Below are positions 17,109 to 27,250 of a stretch of DNA of 39,677 nt, piece by piece. Position 1 is the first letter of the stretch, and each line of letters starts with the position of its first letter. The notes below the pieces were generated by a model. The model ran no database searches, was not told the origin of the DNA, and was given only the letters and a program-made list of their open reading frames with translations. Made by a program: the position numbers and the translations under genes. The DNA comes from Acidobacteriota bacterium (GTDB taxonomy: Bacteria; Acidobacteriota; UBA4820; DSQY01): assembly GCA_049967655.1 (NCBI GenBank), contig JBMFSH010000025.1, positions 1 to 39,677 on the forward strand, read 5' to 3'.

Positions 17109-17890
17109 ACCCCCAGAACTTCACCCTGTTCTTCTACGTGGCGGCCCTCTCTTTCGCCCTCATCTACGGGGGATTCCAGAAGCGCATCCTCTTCTGGCTC
17201 ACCATGGCCTTCGCCTCGGCCGGATTTTTGGTCCAGACCGCCCGGATCGGGTGGTTGTGGGGGAAGCTGGGCTACCCCCCCGCCACCAACCTCCACCAGC
17301 TCTTTGAAGTCAGCGCCTGGGCCATTCTGGCCCTCTACCTCTCCCTTTACCCGCTGAACCGGAGCAAAATCCTGACCTTCTTTCTCATGCCGCTCGTGAT
17401 GCTCATTTTCCTTCTGGGCTTCATGGTGCCCGACATTCTGGAAAAGCCCAAGAGCTTCTATTTCACCCCTTGGTTCAGCATCCACATTTTCTTGCTGGTG
17501 TTCGGGATGGCCTTTTTCTTCCTCTCCTTCTTGTACGCGGCCATCTTCATCATGCAGGACTACAGCCTGCGCCATCGGCACCATCCGTCGGAGCTTCCCA
17601 TCCCCTCTCTGGAAGAGGCCGAGAGGTGGTCTTCCAAGCTTCTGCTGACGGGATATCCCCTCTTCACGGTGGGCCTCGCTTCAGCCATTCTGTACGGTGT
17701 CCTGTACGGCGAGCGAAAGGACTGGAGGCCCGGCCTCCTCGAAGGCGCCAGCATTCTCGCCTGGCTGGTCCTCGGCGTGGCCATCTACGGGTGGTTCTCG
17801 GCCAAGGTCCATCCCCGCCGGCGCTCCTGGCTCGTGGTGGCGGGAGCGGCCTTCTCCGTCCTCATCATCATAGGGATCATGTGGCATTGA
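17105..17890 (+). CDS. CcsA/HemX-like cytochrome c assembly family membrane protein
   Basis: About 8 TM helices, conserved His (SIHIF), LPIPSLEEAE motif. Lies immediately before hemA, a known ccsA/hemX-hemA context. ATGA overlap with mnmA. Confidence 0.75.
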   Translation: MNPQNFTLFFYVAALSFALIYGGFQKRILFWLTMAFASAGFLVQTARIGWLWGKLGYPPATNLHQLFEVSAWAILALYLSLYPLNRSKILTFFLMPLVMLIFLLGFMVPDILEKPKSFYFTPWFSIHIFLLVFGMAFFFLSFLYAAIFIMQDYSLRHRHHPSELPIPSLEEAERWSSKLLLTGYPLFTVGLASAILYGVLYGERKDWRPGLLEGASILAWLVLGVAIYGWFSAKVHPRRRSWLVVAGAAFSVLIIIGIMWH

Positions 17891-19176
17891 GCGAACTCAT
17901 CCTGGTGGGCCTCAACCACAAGCAGGCGCCCGTGGAGGTACGGGAGCGGGCGGCTTTCGAAGAGGGGGAGAGGCTCCCCTTCCTGGAGGGCCTCAGGGCT
18001 TCGGGTCTGGCCGAGGGGGCGGTCTTGCTCTGTACCTGCAACCGCGTGGAGCTGTACGCCGATTCGGCCAGTGACGACGGAGGGAAGGGGCTCCTCTCGA
18101 CCCTCATGGCGGGCCGCCGACTGGACGCGGCTCACCGCGACCTCTTTTACATCCGCCGCGGGAAGGACGCGGTACGCCATCTGTTCCGCGTGGCGGCCGG
18201 CCTGGACAGCATGATCCTCGGGGAGCCGCAGATCCTGGGCCAGGTCAAGGAGGCCTACTTCCAGGCTCGCGACGGCGGGACCCTCTCCACGCCGCTCAAC
18301 CTCCTTTTTCAGAAGGCCTTCCACGTGGCCAAGGTGGTACGGACGCAGACCGGCATCGGCCAGCGTCCGGTCACCGTCTCCTACGCCGCCTACAACCTGG
18401 CCAGGGGCATCTTCGCCGATCTCTCCACCAAACGGATCCTGCTCCTGGGGGCCGGGGAAATGAGCCGGATCGTGGCCACCCACTTCGTGGAGAACGGGGT
18501 CGGCCAGGTCCGCGTCGCCAACCGCACCTACGAGCACGCCGTGGAGTTCGCCAAGCCCTTCGGCGCCGAGGTGGTTCCCTGGGAGGAGTTCCCCAAGGCC
18601 CTGATCCAGAGCGACATCGTGGTTACCTCCACGGGCTCGCAGCGCCCTATCATCCTCAAGCCCATGATGGAGACCGTGATGAAGATCCGCCGCTGGGCCA
18701 GCCTGTTCATCATCGACATCGCCGTGCCCAGGGACGTGGAGGAGTCGGTCGGTAAGCTCGACGGCCTCTACCTCTACGACATCGACGACCTGCAGGAGGT
18801 GGCCGACGAGGGACTCGCCGAACGCCAGCAGAAGGCCGCCGACGCGGAGGCCATGATCCAATCCGAGCTGGACCTCTACGCCCGCTTCATCGGCCACCAG
18901 GACCTCTCGGAGCTGATCGGTTCGCTCATGGGCTGGGCGGGGCAGATCCAGGATTCGGAGCTCGAAGAGGCCCTCCGGCGCCTGCCGGAGCTGAGCCCCA
19001 AACAGCGGGAGATCGTTCGAAACACCGTCCGCCGGGTGGTCCACAAGATTCTCCACGCACCCATCACTCAGGTCAAGCGCCTGGTCATCGAGGAGGACTC
19101 GCCCAAGGCCTTGGATCTCTTTCGGCAGCTTTTCCCCCTGAACCAGGAGGAAAAGGGGCGCGGGGAGGGGCAATGA
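17887..19176 (+). CDS. hemA: Glutamyl-tRNA reductase
   Basis: GLNHKQAPVEVRE, TCNRVE, GLDSMILGEPQILGQVK, GAGEMS, DIAVPRD. TTG start overlaps the upstream stop. Confidence 0.95.
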   Translation: MSELILVGLNHKQAPVEVRERAAFEEGERLPFLEGLRASGLAEGAVLLCTCNRVELYADSASDDGGKGLLSTLMAGRRLDAAHRDLFYIRRGKDAVRHLFRVAAGLDSMILGEPQILGQVKEAYFQARDGGTLSTPLNLLFQKAFHVAKVVRTQTGIGQRPVTVSYAAYNLARGIFADLSTKRILLLGAGEMSRIVATHFVENGVGQVRVANRTYEHAVEFAKPFGAEVVPWEEFPKALIQSDIVVTSTGSQRPIILKPMMETVMKIRRWASLFIIDIAVPRDVEESVGKLDGLYLYDIDDLQEVADEGLAERQQKAADAEAMIQSELDLYARFIGHQDLSELIGSLMGWAGQIQDSELEEALRRLPELSPKQREIVRNTVRRVVHKILHAPITQVKRLVIEEDSPKALDLFRQLFPLNQEEKGRGEGQ

Positions 19177-20087
19177 CCAGGGGGCCCTATCGCATCGGGA
19201 CGCGCGGAAGCGCGCTGGCCCTCTGGCAGGCCCGCTACGTGCAGAGGCGGGTGGAGGAGGCCGGTGGCGCACGGCCCGAGATCGTGGTCATCCGCACCAG
19301 CGGAGACCGGATCCAGGACCGGGCGCTCCTGGAGGTCGGAGGCAAGGGGCTCTTCGTGAAGGAGATCCAGTCGGCGCTCCTGGAAGGAGAAGTGGACCTG
19401 GCGGTCCACAGCCTGAAGGACTACCCCGCCGAGAATCCGGAGGCCCTGACCCTGGCGTGCATTCCGGAGCGCCAGGACCCCCGCGACGCGCTGGTTCTTC
19501 CGGTGGGCCGCGGCGTGGAGGATCTCCCGCCCTCGCCCCGGGTCGGAACCGGGAGCCTGCGCCGCCGTTTCCAGCTTCTCGACCTTTACCCCTCCTGGGC
19601 CATCCAGGGCCTGCGGGGAAACGTGGATACCCGCCTGCGCAAGGTGGATGAGGGCGAGCTGGACGGCGCCGTGCTGGCCGCCGCGGGGCTCGCGCGCCTC
19701 GGCCACGCCGACCGCATCACCCGGCGTTTCGAGAGGGACGAGATGATCCCGGCCGTGGGACAGGGAGCCATCGCCGTGGAGACCCGCCGGAACGACGACG
19801 GGCTGATCGCCCTCCTCTCAGGGCTCCAGGACCCGAGGGCCAGGCGGGAGATCGAAGCGGAGCGGAGGTTCCTGAGAGGACTGGGCGGCTCTTGCACCAC
19901 GCCCCTGGGCATCCACGCCCAGATCCAGGGGGAGCGCGTGGTGCTCCGCGCCTTCCTGGCCAGCGTGGATGGTTCCCGGCGCATCCGGGACGGGATCGAG
20001 GGCGCGGCCTCCGAGGCCTCGGAGCTTGCCGCGAGCCTCCTCGATCGCTTCTGGGCGAAGGGGGCGCGGGAGCTCGTGGAGGGCTGA
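19173..20087 (+). CDS. hemC: Hydroxymethylbilane synthase
   Basis: IGTRGSALALWQ, GKGLFVKE, VHSLKD, GTGSLRR, LRGNVDTRL, GGSCTTP. Confidence 0.96.
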   Translation: MTRGPYRIGTRGSALALWQARYVQRRVEEAGGARPEIVVIRTSGDRIQDRALLEVGGKGLFVKEIQSALLEGEVDLAVHSLKDYPAENPEALTLACIPERQDPRDALVLPVGRGVEDLPPSPRVGTGSLRRRFQLLDLYPSWAIQGLRGNVDTRLRKVDEGELDGAVLAAAGLARLGHADRITRRFERDEMIPAVGQGAIAVETRRNDDGLIALLSGLQDPRARREIEAERRFLRGLGGSCTTPLGIHAQIQGERVVLRAFLASVDGSRRIRDGIEGAASEASELAASLLDRFWAKGARELVEG

Positions 20088-20088
20088 G

Positions 20089-20850
20089 GTGATCCACACG
20101 CTCATGGGGCAGAGGATCCTCATCACTCGCCCGAGGGACCAGGGCGAGGGGCTGCGCCGCGCCATCCTCGCCTTGGGGGGGGAGGTGCTCTGGATTCCTG
20201 CCATCGAGACGGTGCCTTCTCCTCTGTCCGACGGGGAGCGCTCGCTGTTGCGGGAATTGGGCGCCTTCGCCTGGCTGGCCTTTGCCAGCGCCAATGCGGT
20301 CCGCTATTTTCTGGCCGCCGCGGAGGTCGAGGGGATCAAGCTGCCGGCGCACCTTCGCGTGGCGGCCGTGGGAATGGGCACGGCCAAGGCATTGGAGGCC
20401 AAGGGGCTGACGGTGCACGCGCGCCCCGAGCGGGCCACCGGCGCCGCCCTTGCACAGCACCTGGTCTCCTCCCACCGGCCGGCCCGGTTGCTGCTTCCGC
20501 GAGGGGAGTCGGCGCGGGAGGAGCTTGCCGAACGGTTGGCCGCCGCGGGATGGGAGGTGGTTCCCCTGGTCTGTTACCGGACGCGGCCCGCACCCCTCCG
20601 CCCGGACCAGATCTTCGCCATCGAACAGGGCGTTCACGCCTCGGTTTTCGCCAGCCCCTCCGCCGTCCGGGCGCTCTGGGAGAACCTCCCCGAAACGGGC
20701 CGGGAGGCCATCCGGCGCAGCCGATGCCTCCCCATCGGCCCCACCACGGCTGAGGCCCTTCTCGAGATGGGCCTGAAGGCGGCCGCCGTTCCCCAGGACC
20801 ACTCCGTCGAGGGCATCGTGGCGGCCCTCGAGAAGCTGGCCGTTCCCTAA
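20089..20850 (+). CDS. hemD: Uroporphyrinogen-III synthase
   Basis: ILITRP, FASANAV, AVGMGTA, YRT, FASPSAV, IGPTTA. Follows hemC; GTG 20089 (or ATG 20104) start. Confidence 0.9.
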   Translation: MIHTLMGQRILITRPRDQGEGLRRAILALGGEVLWIPAIETVPSPLSDGERSLLRELGAFAWLAFASANAVRYFLAAAEVEGIKLPAHLRVAAVGMGTAKALEAKGLTVHARPERATGAALAQHLVSSHRPARLLLPRGESAREELAERLAAAGWEVVPLVCYRTRPAPLRPDQIFAIEQGVHASVFASPSAVRALWENLPETGREAIRRSRCLPIGPTTAEALLEMGLKAAAVPQDHSVEGIVAALEKLAVP

Positions 20851-20984
20851 GCTGCCGCGCCCCCCGACGATGGGCTCAAGGCCCGCCGCCGAGCCTTACG
20901 GCGTGCGCCGCGGGGTCAGGCCGGCCCCCTCATTTGTCTCCCTCCAGCGCGTGTGTTGAAATGGCCACCTAAGGAGCAACCGCC

Positions 20985-23483
20985 ATGGCAGAAACGCTCT
21001 ACCTTGTGGACGGCTCATCGATCCTCTACCGGGCCTTCTTCGCCATCCGAAACCTCTCCACGCGGGACGGGCGCCCCTCCAACGCCATCTTCGGCACGCT
21101 GAAGATGGTCCAGAAGCTGCTCAAGGAACACGCCCCCTCCCACATGGCCGTGGTGTTCGACCTGCCGGCCCCGACCTTCCGCCACGAGGCGTACGCCGAA
21201 TACAAGGCGAATCGCCCCGAGATGCCCCGCGAAATGGCCGCGCAGATCGAACCGGCCAAGGCGATCCTCAGGGCCATGGGGCTTCCCCTGGTGGAGCTGG
21301 CGGGGTACGAGGCGGACGACTGCATCGCGACACTCGCCAAGCGGGCCGTGGAGGCGGGCATGGAGGTGATCATCGTGACCGCCGATAAGGACCTCCTCCA
21401 ACTCGTTCGGCCCGGCGTGCGGGTCCTCCATACCAAGAAGGAGGACGTCCCGCTGGACGCGAAGGGGGTGGAGGAGCTCTTCGGCGTGCCGCCCGAGAGG
21501 GTCGTGGACGTGCTGGCCCTCTGGGGCGACCCGACGGACAACATCCCTGGCGTCCCCGGCATCGGCGAGAAGGGGGCCAAGGAGCTGGTGAGGCGGTACG
21601 GAGACCTGGAGAGCGTCCTGGCGCACGCCTCCGAAATCTCGCGCAAGGCCTATCGCGAGGGGCTGCTGGCCCACGCCGACCAGGCGCGGTTTTCCCGGGA
21701 GCTAGCCACCATTCGGGAGGACGCGCCTCTCTCCGAGAGACCCGAAGACCTGCGCGTGGGCGAGCCCCAGCGGGAGGCGCTGAATGCCCTCTTCGCGGAG
21801 TACGAGTTCACCTCTCTTCTGGACGAAAGCGCGCGGCCGCGGATCGAGGTGCTCAGCGCCCAGGCCGCGGCGCTGGACGAAGCGGGGCGGCACCGGCTGC
21901 GGGCGGCGGCGGCCGTGGGCCTTGCCTGGGAAGGCGAGGAGGCCTGGCTCTCAGAGGGTGAAGGGGCCTGGACTATCCCGCTGGACTCTTTGCCGGCGGA
22001 GGGGCTCCTCGGCCTCCCGCTCTGTGCCCACGGCTTCAAGGCGCTTCTGAGGCGATTCGCCGGCGGGGTCCAGGGCGGGGTGGCGCCGGGACTCGATACG
22101 GCGGTGGCGGGATACCTTCTCAATCCGTCCGGCTCCGTGCCCTCCCTCGAACAGCTCGCTCAGCAGCACCTGGACGCGGTGCCCGCCGCGGGAGATCGGG
22201 CCGGAGCGGCCGCGTGCCTGGCTCGCCTCAAAGCCCCCCTGGAGAAGCACCTGCTGGACCTGGGAATGGCCCAGCTCTACCGTGAGGTGGAATGGCCGCT
22301 CATCGGAGTCCTGGCGCGGATGGAGGCGGCGGGCATCTCGGTGGATCTCCCCTATTTCGAGGCGCTCGGCCGGGAGCTGGAAACCGCCTTGAAGGCGCTT
22401 GAAACCCAGATCCGTGAGGTGTCGGGGGCGGATTTCAACGTGTCCAGCCCCCGGCAAGTGGGAGAGGTCCTCTTCGAGAAGCTCCACCTGCCCGTGCTCA
22501 AGAAGACCAGCAAGACCAAGTCCTACTCCACGGACAACGAAGTGCTCGAAGGGCTCCGGCAGGCGCACCCCGTGGTCCCCCTGATCCTCGACCACCGGAT
22601 GCTCAGCAAGCTCAAGGGTACCTACGTGGACCCCCTTCCGACGTGGGTGGACCCAGCCACGGGCCGCATCCACGCCCAGTTCCACCAGACCGTGGCGGCC
22701 ACGGGGCGCCTCTCCTCCTCCGATCCCAACCTTCAGAACATACCCATACGGGGGGAGTGGGGAGGCAAGATTCGGAGGGGATTCGTGGCGCGGGAGGGAG
22801 GGCTCTTCGTGGGGGCCGACTACTCACAGATCGAGCTGAGAGTGCTGGCCTACCTGTGCGGCGATCCCGCGCTGCGCAGGGTCTTCGAGCGGGGAGAGGA
22901 CATCCACACCTCCACCGCCGCTGAAGTTTTCGACGTGGCGCCGCCCTTCGTCACTCCCGACATGCGCCGCCAGGCCAAGGCCATCAACTTCGGCATCCTC
23001 TACGGCATGGGTCCCTTCGGCCTGGCCCGAGAGCTGGGGGTGGGCCAGAAGGAGGCAAAGGCCTTCATCGAACGCTACTTCGCCCGGTTTCCCGCGGTGC
23101 GGGGCTATCTGGACAACGTGCAGAAGCACGTGCTGGCGAAGGAGGAGGTGACCACGATCCTGGGGCGGCGGCGCCTGTTCCCCGGCATCGCGAAGGCTCC
23201 TAAGCCGCTCCAGGCGGCGCTGCTGAGGCAGGCGGTCAACACCACCGTGCAGGGCAGCGCAGCGGACCTCATCAAGAAGGCCATGGTGGCGGTGGAGCCC
23301 CGGTTGCCCGAGGGTTGCCGCCTGGTGCTCCAGGTGCACGACGAACTCATCGTGGAGGCGGACTCGGCCCGTGCGGAGGCGGCGGGACGAGTCCTCAAGG
23401 AGGCCATGGAGGGGGCCATGGCCCTCGCCGTGCCGCTCGTGGTCAGCCTCTCCACTGGCCAACGCTGGGATCAGTTGAAGTGA
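20985..23483 (+). CDS. polA: DNA polymerase I
   Basis: 5'-3' exonuclease (LVDGSS, YEADD, DNIPGVPGIGEK) and polymerase motifs (ATGRLSSSDPNLQNIP, ADYSQIELR, AKAINFGILYG, QVHDE). Short, degenerate 3'-5' exonuclease region. Confidence 0.96.
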   Translation: MAETLYLVDGSSILYRAFFAIRNLSTRDGRPSNAIFGTLKMVQKLLKEHAPSHMAVVFDLPAPTFRHEAYAEYKANRPEMPREMAAQIEPAKAILRAMGLPLVELAGYEADDCIATLAKRAVEAGMEVIIVTADKDLLQLVRPGVRVLHTKKEDVPLDAKGVEELFGVPPERVVDVLALWGDPTDNIPGVPGIGEKGAKELVRRYGDLESVLAHASEISRKAYREGLLAHADQARFSRELATIREDAPLSERPEDLRVGEPQREALNALFAEYEFTSLLDESARPRIEVLSAQAAALDEAGRHRLRAAAAVGLAWEGEEAWLSEGEGAWTIPLDSLPAEGLLGLPLCAHGFKALLRRFAGGVQGGVAPGLDTAVAGYLLNPSGSVPSLEQLAQQHLDAVPAAGDRAGAAACLARLKAPLEKHLLDLGMAQLYREVEWPLIGVLARMEAAGISVDLPYFEALGRELETALKALETQIREVSGADFNVSSPRQVGEVLFEKLHLPVLKKTSKTKSYSTDNEVLEGLRQAHPVVPLILDHRMLSKLKGTYVDPLPTWVDPATGRIHAQFHQTVAATGRLSSSDPNLQNIPIRGEWGGKIRRGFVAREGGLFVGADYSQIELRVLAYLCGDPALRRVFERGEDIHTSTAAEVFDVAPPFVTPDMRRQAKAINFGILYGMGPFGLARELGVGQKEAKAFIERYFARFPAVRGYLDNVQKHVLAKEEVTTILGRRRLFPGIAKAPKPLQAALLRQAVNTTVQGSAADLIKKAMVAVEPRLPEGCRLVLQVHDELIVEADSARAEAAGRVLKEAMEGAMALAVPLVVSLSTGQRWDQLK

Positions 23484-23681
23484 CCGCGCGCCGAAGGCGC
23501 GCGGTCATCCCCAGGGCTTCCCCAACGGGCTGCGGACTGGGGATCGCGAGGAGCCGGGCGAAGGGTGGACCGTCGAAGCCGTGTGGAGAAGGAGCGCGCG
23601 GTCATCCCCAGGCGGTGGCGGAACCCCTCATCTGATAAGGCGGGCAGCCCCGCGGCTGGTCGAAGGGCCGCCGCGGGATCT
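23481..23681. repeat. REP-like hairpin cluster with a 19-bp direct repeat
   Basis: Perfect 12-bp stem TGACCGCGCGCC-GAA-GGCGCGCGGTCA (23481-23507). GCGCGCGGTCATCCCCAGG occurs at 23497-23515 and 23594-23612. Further stems ATCCCCAG/CTGGGGAT and CCGCGGC/GCCGCGG. Confidence 0.6.
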
Positions 23682-23707
23682 CCGGCGGTAGGGAGGAGGC
23701 AGGCGTC

Positions 23708-24271
23708 ATGAAGATCTACACCAAGACGGGAGACAAGGGCGAGACGGGCCTCTTCGGTGGCCGGCGCGTGTCGAAGGCCGACCCGCGCGTGGAGGCATAC
23801 GGAACCGTAGACGAGCTGAACGCCCACGTGGGTTGGGCCGTCTCTCTCCTGGAAGAGCCGCCGCTCCAGGAGGCGCTGCGCTCTATCCAGTCGGAGCTGC
23901 TGACCGTGGGCGCCGACCTGGCCGCCCCTCCCGACCTGGCGCCCGCCGTCACGGCCCACACCGTCAGCCTGCTGCCGGGTAGATCCGCTCGTCTCGAGGC
24001 GCTCATCGACCAGTGGGATGCGGAGCTGCCCCCCTTGACTCAGTTCATTCTCCCCGGCGGGTGCCCGGCGGCCTCGGCGCTGCAGGTCTGCCGGGCCGTT
24101 TGCCGGCGGGCGGAGCGGGCCGTTGTGCGGCTTGAGAGAAGCTCGCCCGTGAACCCGGAGGTCGTGGTCTACCTCAACCGCCTGTCCGACCTCCTCTTCG
24201 TGCTGGCCCGGTGGGTGAACGCGAAGAGGGGGGTCTCGGAGCCGGGCTGGAGCCCGCCGAAGGAGCCTTGA
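23708..24271 (+). CDS. PduO-type ATP:cob(I)alamin adenosyltransferase
   Basis: MKIYTKTGDKGET, YGTVDELN, FILPGG, RAVCRRAER, YLNRLSDLLF. Confidence 0.92.
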   Translation: MKIYTKTGDKGETGLFGGRRVSKADPRVEAYGTVDELNAHVGWAVSLLEEPPLQEALRSIQSELLTVGADLAAPPDLAPAVTAHTVSLLPGRSARLEALIDQWDAELPPLTQFILPGGCPAASALQVCRAVCRRAERAVVRLERSSPVNPEVVVYLNRLSDLLFVLARWVNAKRGVSEPGWSPPKEP

Positions 24272-24475
24272 CCCGGCTTGCGCTCTTCCGGCGGAGGGTC
24301 GGCGGCCGTGGTTCGACGGGATGCTTTGTCTGCAAACATTTCACCGTGAGTCCGCGGCGTCGGCCAAGGGGCACACAATCTCCCCTTCGAGCGCAGGCCA
24401 ACCCGAGTCCTTCATGGTGAAGACTCCCTCCGTGCCTGCCCGTCTCCGAGGTCCAATCCGCCCTGGACTCCGCGC

Positions 24476-25444
24476 TCAGCCGAGCGAATGGCGACGGTAG
24501 CGCGAGATCCGCCCCTCGGCCGAGGCCTGGAGCCAAGAGCGGATGCGGGCGGCGTCCCCGAGGCGGGAGTACTTGCCCTGGGAGTCGAGAAGAATCATGA
24601 AAACGGGCCTGTCCAGGATGGAGGTCTCCATCACGAGGCAAAAGCCCGACTCGTTGATGAAGCCCGTCTTGCTCAGCCCGATGGACCAGTGGTCGTTGTA
24701 CATCAGGCGATTGGAGTTACCGAAGAGGCGGGGGCGCCCGGAGATGCTGGAGCGGACCTCGTACCGTTCGGTCGTCGTCATCTGTCGGATGAGGGGGTAG
24801 GTGTAGGCCGCCCGCACCATGAGGGCCAGGTCGCTGGCGGTGGAGACGTTCTCGCTGTGGAGGCCCGTGGGGTCGAGAAAGTAGGTGTGTTGCATCCCCA
24901 AGGCATGGGCCTTGGCGTTCATCCGGGCCACGAAGGCCGTCGTCCCTCCCGGGTAGGTCCGGGCCAGGGCGTTGGCGGCGCGGTTCTCGGAGGCCATGAG
25001 CGCGAGCTGGAGCAACTGCTCGCGGCTGAGGGTCCAGCCGACGGGCAGGCGGGAGAGGGAGTTGCGCAGGGTGTCCACGTCGTCTTCGGTGACGGTCACG
25101 GGGGTATCCATGGGTAGGTGCGAGTCCAGGAGCACCATGGCCGTCATCAGCTTGGAGATGGAGGCGATGGGGGTCACGGCGTCGGCGTTCTTCGCGTAGA
25201 GGTCTCGCCCGCTCCTCCCATCCACCACCAAAGCCGCAGCCGACCGAAGGCGCAGCCTCCCGGCGTCGAGGTGGGGCCAGGGGCTGTCGGTGAGACGCAC
25301 GAAGCCCGCCCTCTGCGCCACGTGAGCCGCCTCGGGCGCGGATCCCGCCCGCGCGGAGGCGGACGATTCGGCCAGGGGGGTAAAGCCTAGAAGAACCGGG
25401 AAGAGAAAGAACAGAAACCCCACGGTCAAAGGCTTACACTGCAT
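24476..25444 (-). CDS. pbpG: D-alanyl-D-alanine endopeptidase, peptidase S11 (PBP7-like)
   Basis: SxxK (ASISKLMTAMV), SxN (ASENRAA), KTG (SKTGFINESG), and a signal peptide. Confidence 0.85.
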   Translation of the reverse strand: MQCKPLTVGFLFFLFPVLLGFTPLAESSASARAGSAPEAAHVAQRAGFVRLTDSPWPHLDAGRLRLRSAAALVVDGRSGRDLYAKNADAVTPIASISKLMTAMVLLDSHLPMDTPVTVTEDDVDTLRNSLSRLPVGWTLSREQLLQLALMASENRAANALARTYPGGTTAFVARMNAKAHALGMQHTYFLDPTGLHSENVSTASDLALMVRAAYTYPLIRQMTTTERYEVRSSISGRPRLFGNSNRLMYNDHWSIGLSKTGFINESGFCLVMETSILDRPVFMILLDSQGKYSRLGDAARIRSWLQASAEGRISRYRRHSLG

Positions 25445-25698
25445 CGCGACCCTCGCTCAAACAGGCCTTCACGAGGAAGGCTGACACCGATCAGCCTTTT
25501 AAATTATCATCAGCGCGGCACGGAGACAAGGGGCCGGCGGCGGTGCGGACACGTACCCGAAGACAATGGAGGAGGGCCCTCTGACCTGCCTTGGTGGGTG
25601 GCTGTGTACCGCGTTATCGGAGCCCTCCGCCGCCTCCGCCGGGCTCCCTGGGGCGTGCGCTGCAATGGGCTGGAGGGTGTCCCCTGCGCTCGGTGCGC

Positions 25699-25947
25699 CT
25701 AGAGCCCCTGACGGACGGCCAGCCAGAGCCCCGCGATGATCGCCACGGCGATGGCCACCGACCAGCCGATGCTCCGGACGAAGTAGGGGTAGATCATCAG
25801 AGCCAGGCCGCTGATGAGCTGGGGAAGGCGCCCCTGCTTCTTCCCGTAGATGAACAGCGCCGTGCCGACGCCGCCCACGATGAGGGAGAGAAAGAGCCAG
25901 GCGGGGCTGAGGTTCATGGAGCCGCCCAGAAGCTGCTTGGGATTCAT
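25699..25947 (-). CDS. Small membrane protein (82 aa, about 3 TM)
   Basis: Hydrophobic segments with FIYGKKQ and YPYF motifs. ATGA overlap with the thyX stop. It is the C-terminal part of the listed ORF 25699..26532. Confidence 0.7.
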   Translation of the reverse strand: MNPKQLLGGSMNLSPAWLFLSLIVGGVGTALFIYGKKQGRLPQLISGLALMIYPYFVRSIGWSVAIAVAIIAGLWLAVRQGL

Positions 25948-26798
25948 GACGGATTCCTCGGCTTGGGGAGGGGCGGCGCCGAGAGACGGCTCTTGGCCAG
26001 GGCCTCCTGAAGATCCTTGGGCATCTTTTCCCCCTGGGAAACACGCTCGCGAATCCACTCCAGACTCTCCGAGGAGAGGCAGGCGGCGTTCAGGCGGTAC
26101 TGCTCGAAAGCCTCGTAGGCCAAGGGGGCGACCGCCCGCGCCATGGCCGCCATGACCTTCGCGTACTCGCGGATCTCCCACTGGGCGTGGGCGTCCATGC
26201 GGAGGGTCAGGAAGTGGAAGAGGTTGTGCAGGTCGATCTGCCAGTACCATTCGGTGTAGAGGCTGAGCGGCAGGGCGATCCGCGCCACCTCGCGTGCCAA
26301 ATCCTTGTCGAGCATGGCCTCGTAGCGGGCGTAGGCCTCGCGCTGCCCGGCCTCCAGCTCCCGCACCATGGCCTCGGCCACCTGCGCGGGCACGGGCGTT
26401 TCCGCCCTCCCCTGCTTGTTCGTGGTGCTCTGTGTGCGGAGCGTGCCCGCGGCGGGGAGGTAGAACTCGTCCTTCATGACGGAGTAGCGGCCCGAGATCT
26501 CGTTGAGCCGGGCCGTCCGATGACGGATCCACTGCCTGGCCACGAAGATGGGCATCTTGCAGTGGAAGGTCAGCACCACCTGCTCGAAGGGGGAGGTGTG
26601 CTGGTGGCGCATGAGGTAGTGGATCAGCCCCCGGTCCTCGCGGGAGCTCTTGGTGCCCTTGCCGTAGGAGACCCTGGCCGCCGCTACGATGCGCTCGTCC
26701 GATCCCAGGTAGTCCACCAGGCGCACGAAGCCCTTGTCGAGAACGGCAAACTCCTTGTCCAGGATGGCTTCGGCTTCAGGTACGAGGACGTGGCCCAC
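25944..26798 (-). CDS. thyX: FAD-dependent thymidylate synthase
   Basis: ThyX motif RHR-X7-S (RHRTARLNEIS), HTSPFEQ, AARVSY, AQWEIR. GTG start after AAGGAGG. Confidence 0.95.
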   Translation of the reverse strand: MGHVLVPEAEAILDKEFAVLDKGFVRLVDYLGSDERIVAAARVSYGKGTKSSREDRGLIHYLMRHQHTSPFEQVVLTFHCKMPIFVARQWIRHRTARLNEISGRYSVMKDEFYLPAAGTLRTQSTTNKQGRAETPVPAQVAEAMVRELEAGQREAYARYEAMLDKDLAREVARIALPLSLYTEWYWQIDLHNLFHFLTLRMDAHAQWEIREYAKVMAAMARAVAPLAYEAFEQYRLNAACLSSESLEWIRERVSQGEKMPKDLQEALAKSRLSAPPLPKPRNPS

Positions 26799-26869
26799 GG
26801 CTTCCTCCTTGGAGCCCAAGCTTAGCGGCGGGGAGGCGCCCCGTCAACGGCCCCGGTCCGGCCGCCGAT

Positions 26870-27250
26870 CTACCGCCTCGGCCTGCGGGCGTGTGCGGCC
26901 GCTTCCTTGCGCCGGGCGTGCAGCATGAACAGGCTGGCCGTGAGGGCCTGCGGGAAGACGGTGAGCCCGGCACAGAGAAAATACCGGCCCGCGTGGGCCC
27001 CGCTGGCCGTGGAGAACCCCGCGGAGACCAGGGCGCTCGCCAGCCAGAGGACGGCGCCGGCCTCGCGGCTGCGTTTGAGCCCCCACACCATGAGCAGGGG
27101 AAGGGCCACGGGGCCGCCGGCGATCACCATGCCCCCCGACAGGCTGGCGGGAGAGAGGCCGCCGAAGAGGCCGAAGCCGGCCACCCAGGCGCCGATGTAG
27201 ATCGCCTCCACGAGAACGCCAACAACCAGGGCCCAGGAGCGTAGACTCAT
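26870..27250 (-). CDS. Hypothetical membrane protein (126 aa, about 4 TM)
   Basis: Hydrophobic helices; co-oriented upstream of thyX. Confidence 0.6.
   Translation of the reverse strand: MSLRSWALVVGVLVEAIYIGAWVAGFGLFGGLSPASLSGGMVIAGGPVALPLLMVWGLKRSREAGAVLWLASALVSAGFSTASGAHAGRYFLCAGLTVFPQALTASLFMLHARRKEAAAHARRPRR

Noticed and set aside
21850..22260. Degenerate 3'-5' exonuclease region of PolA
   Set aside because: Loss of proofreading motifs in PolA is common in many bacteria, so not notable.
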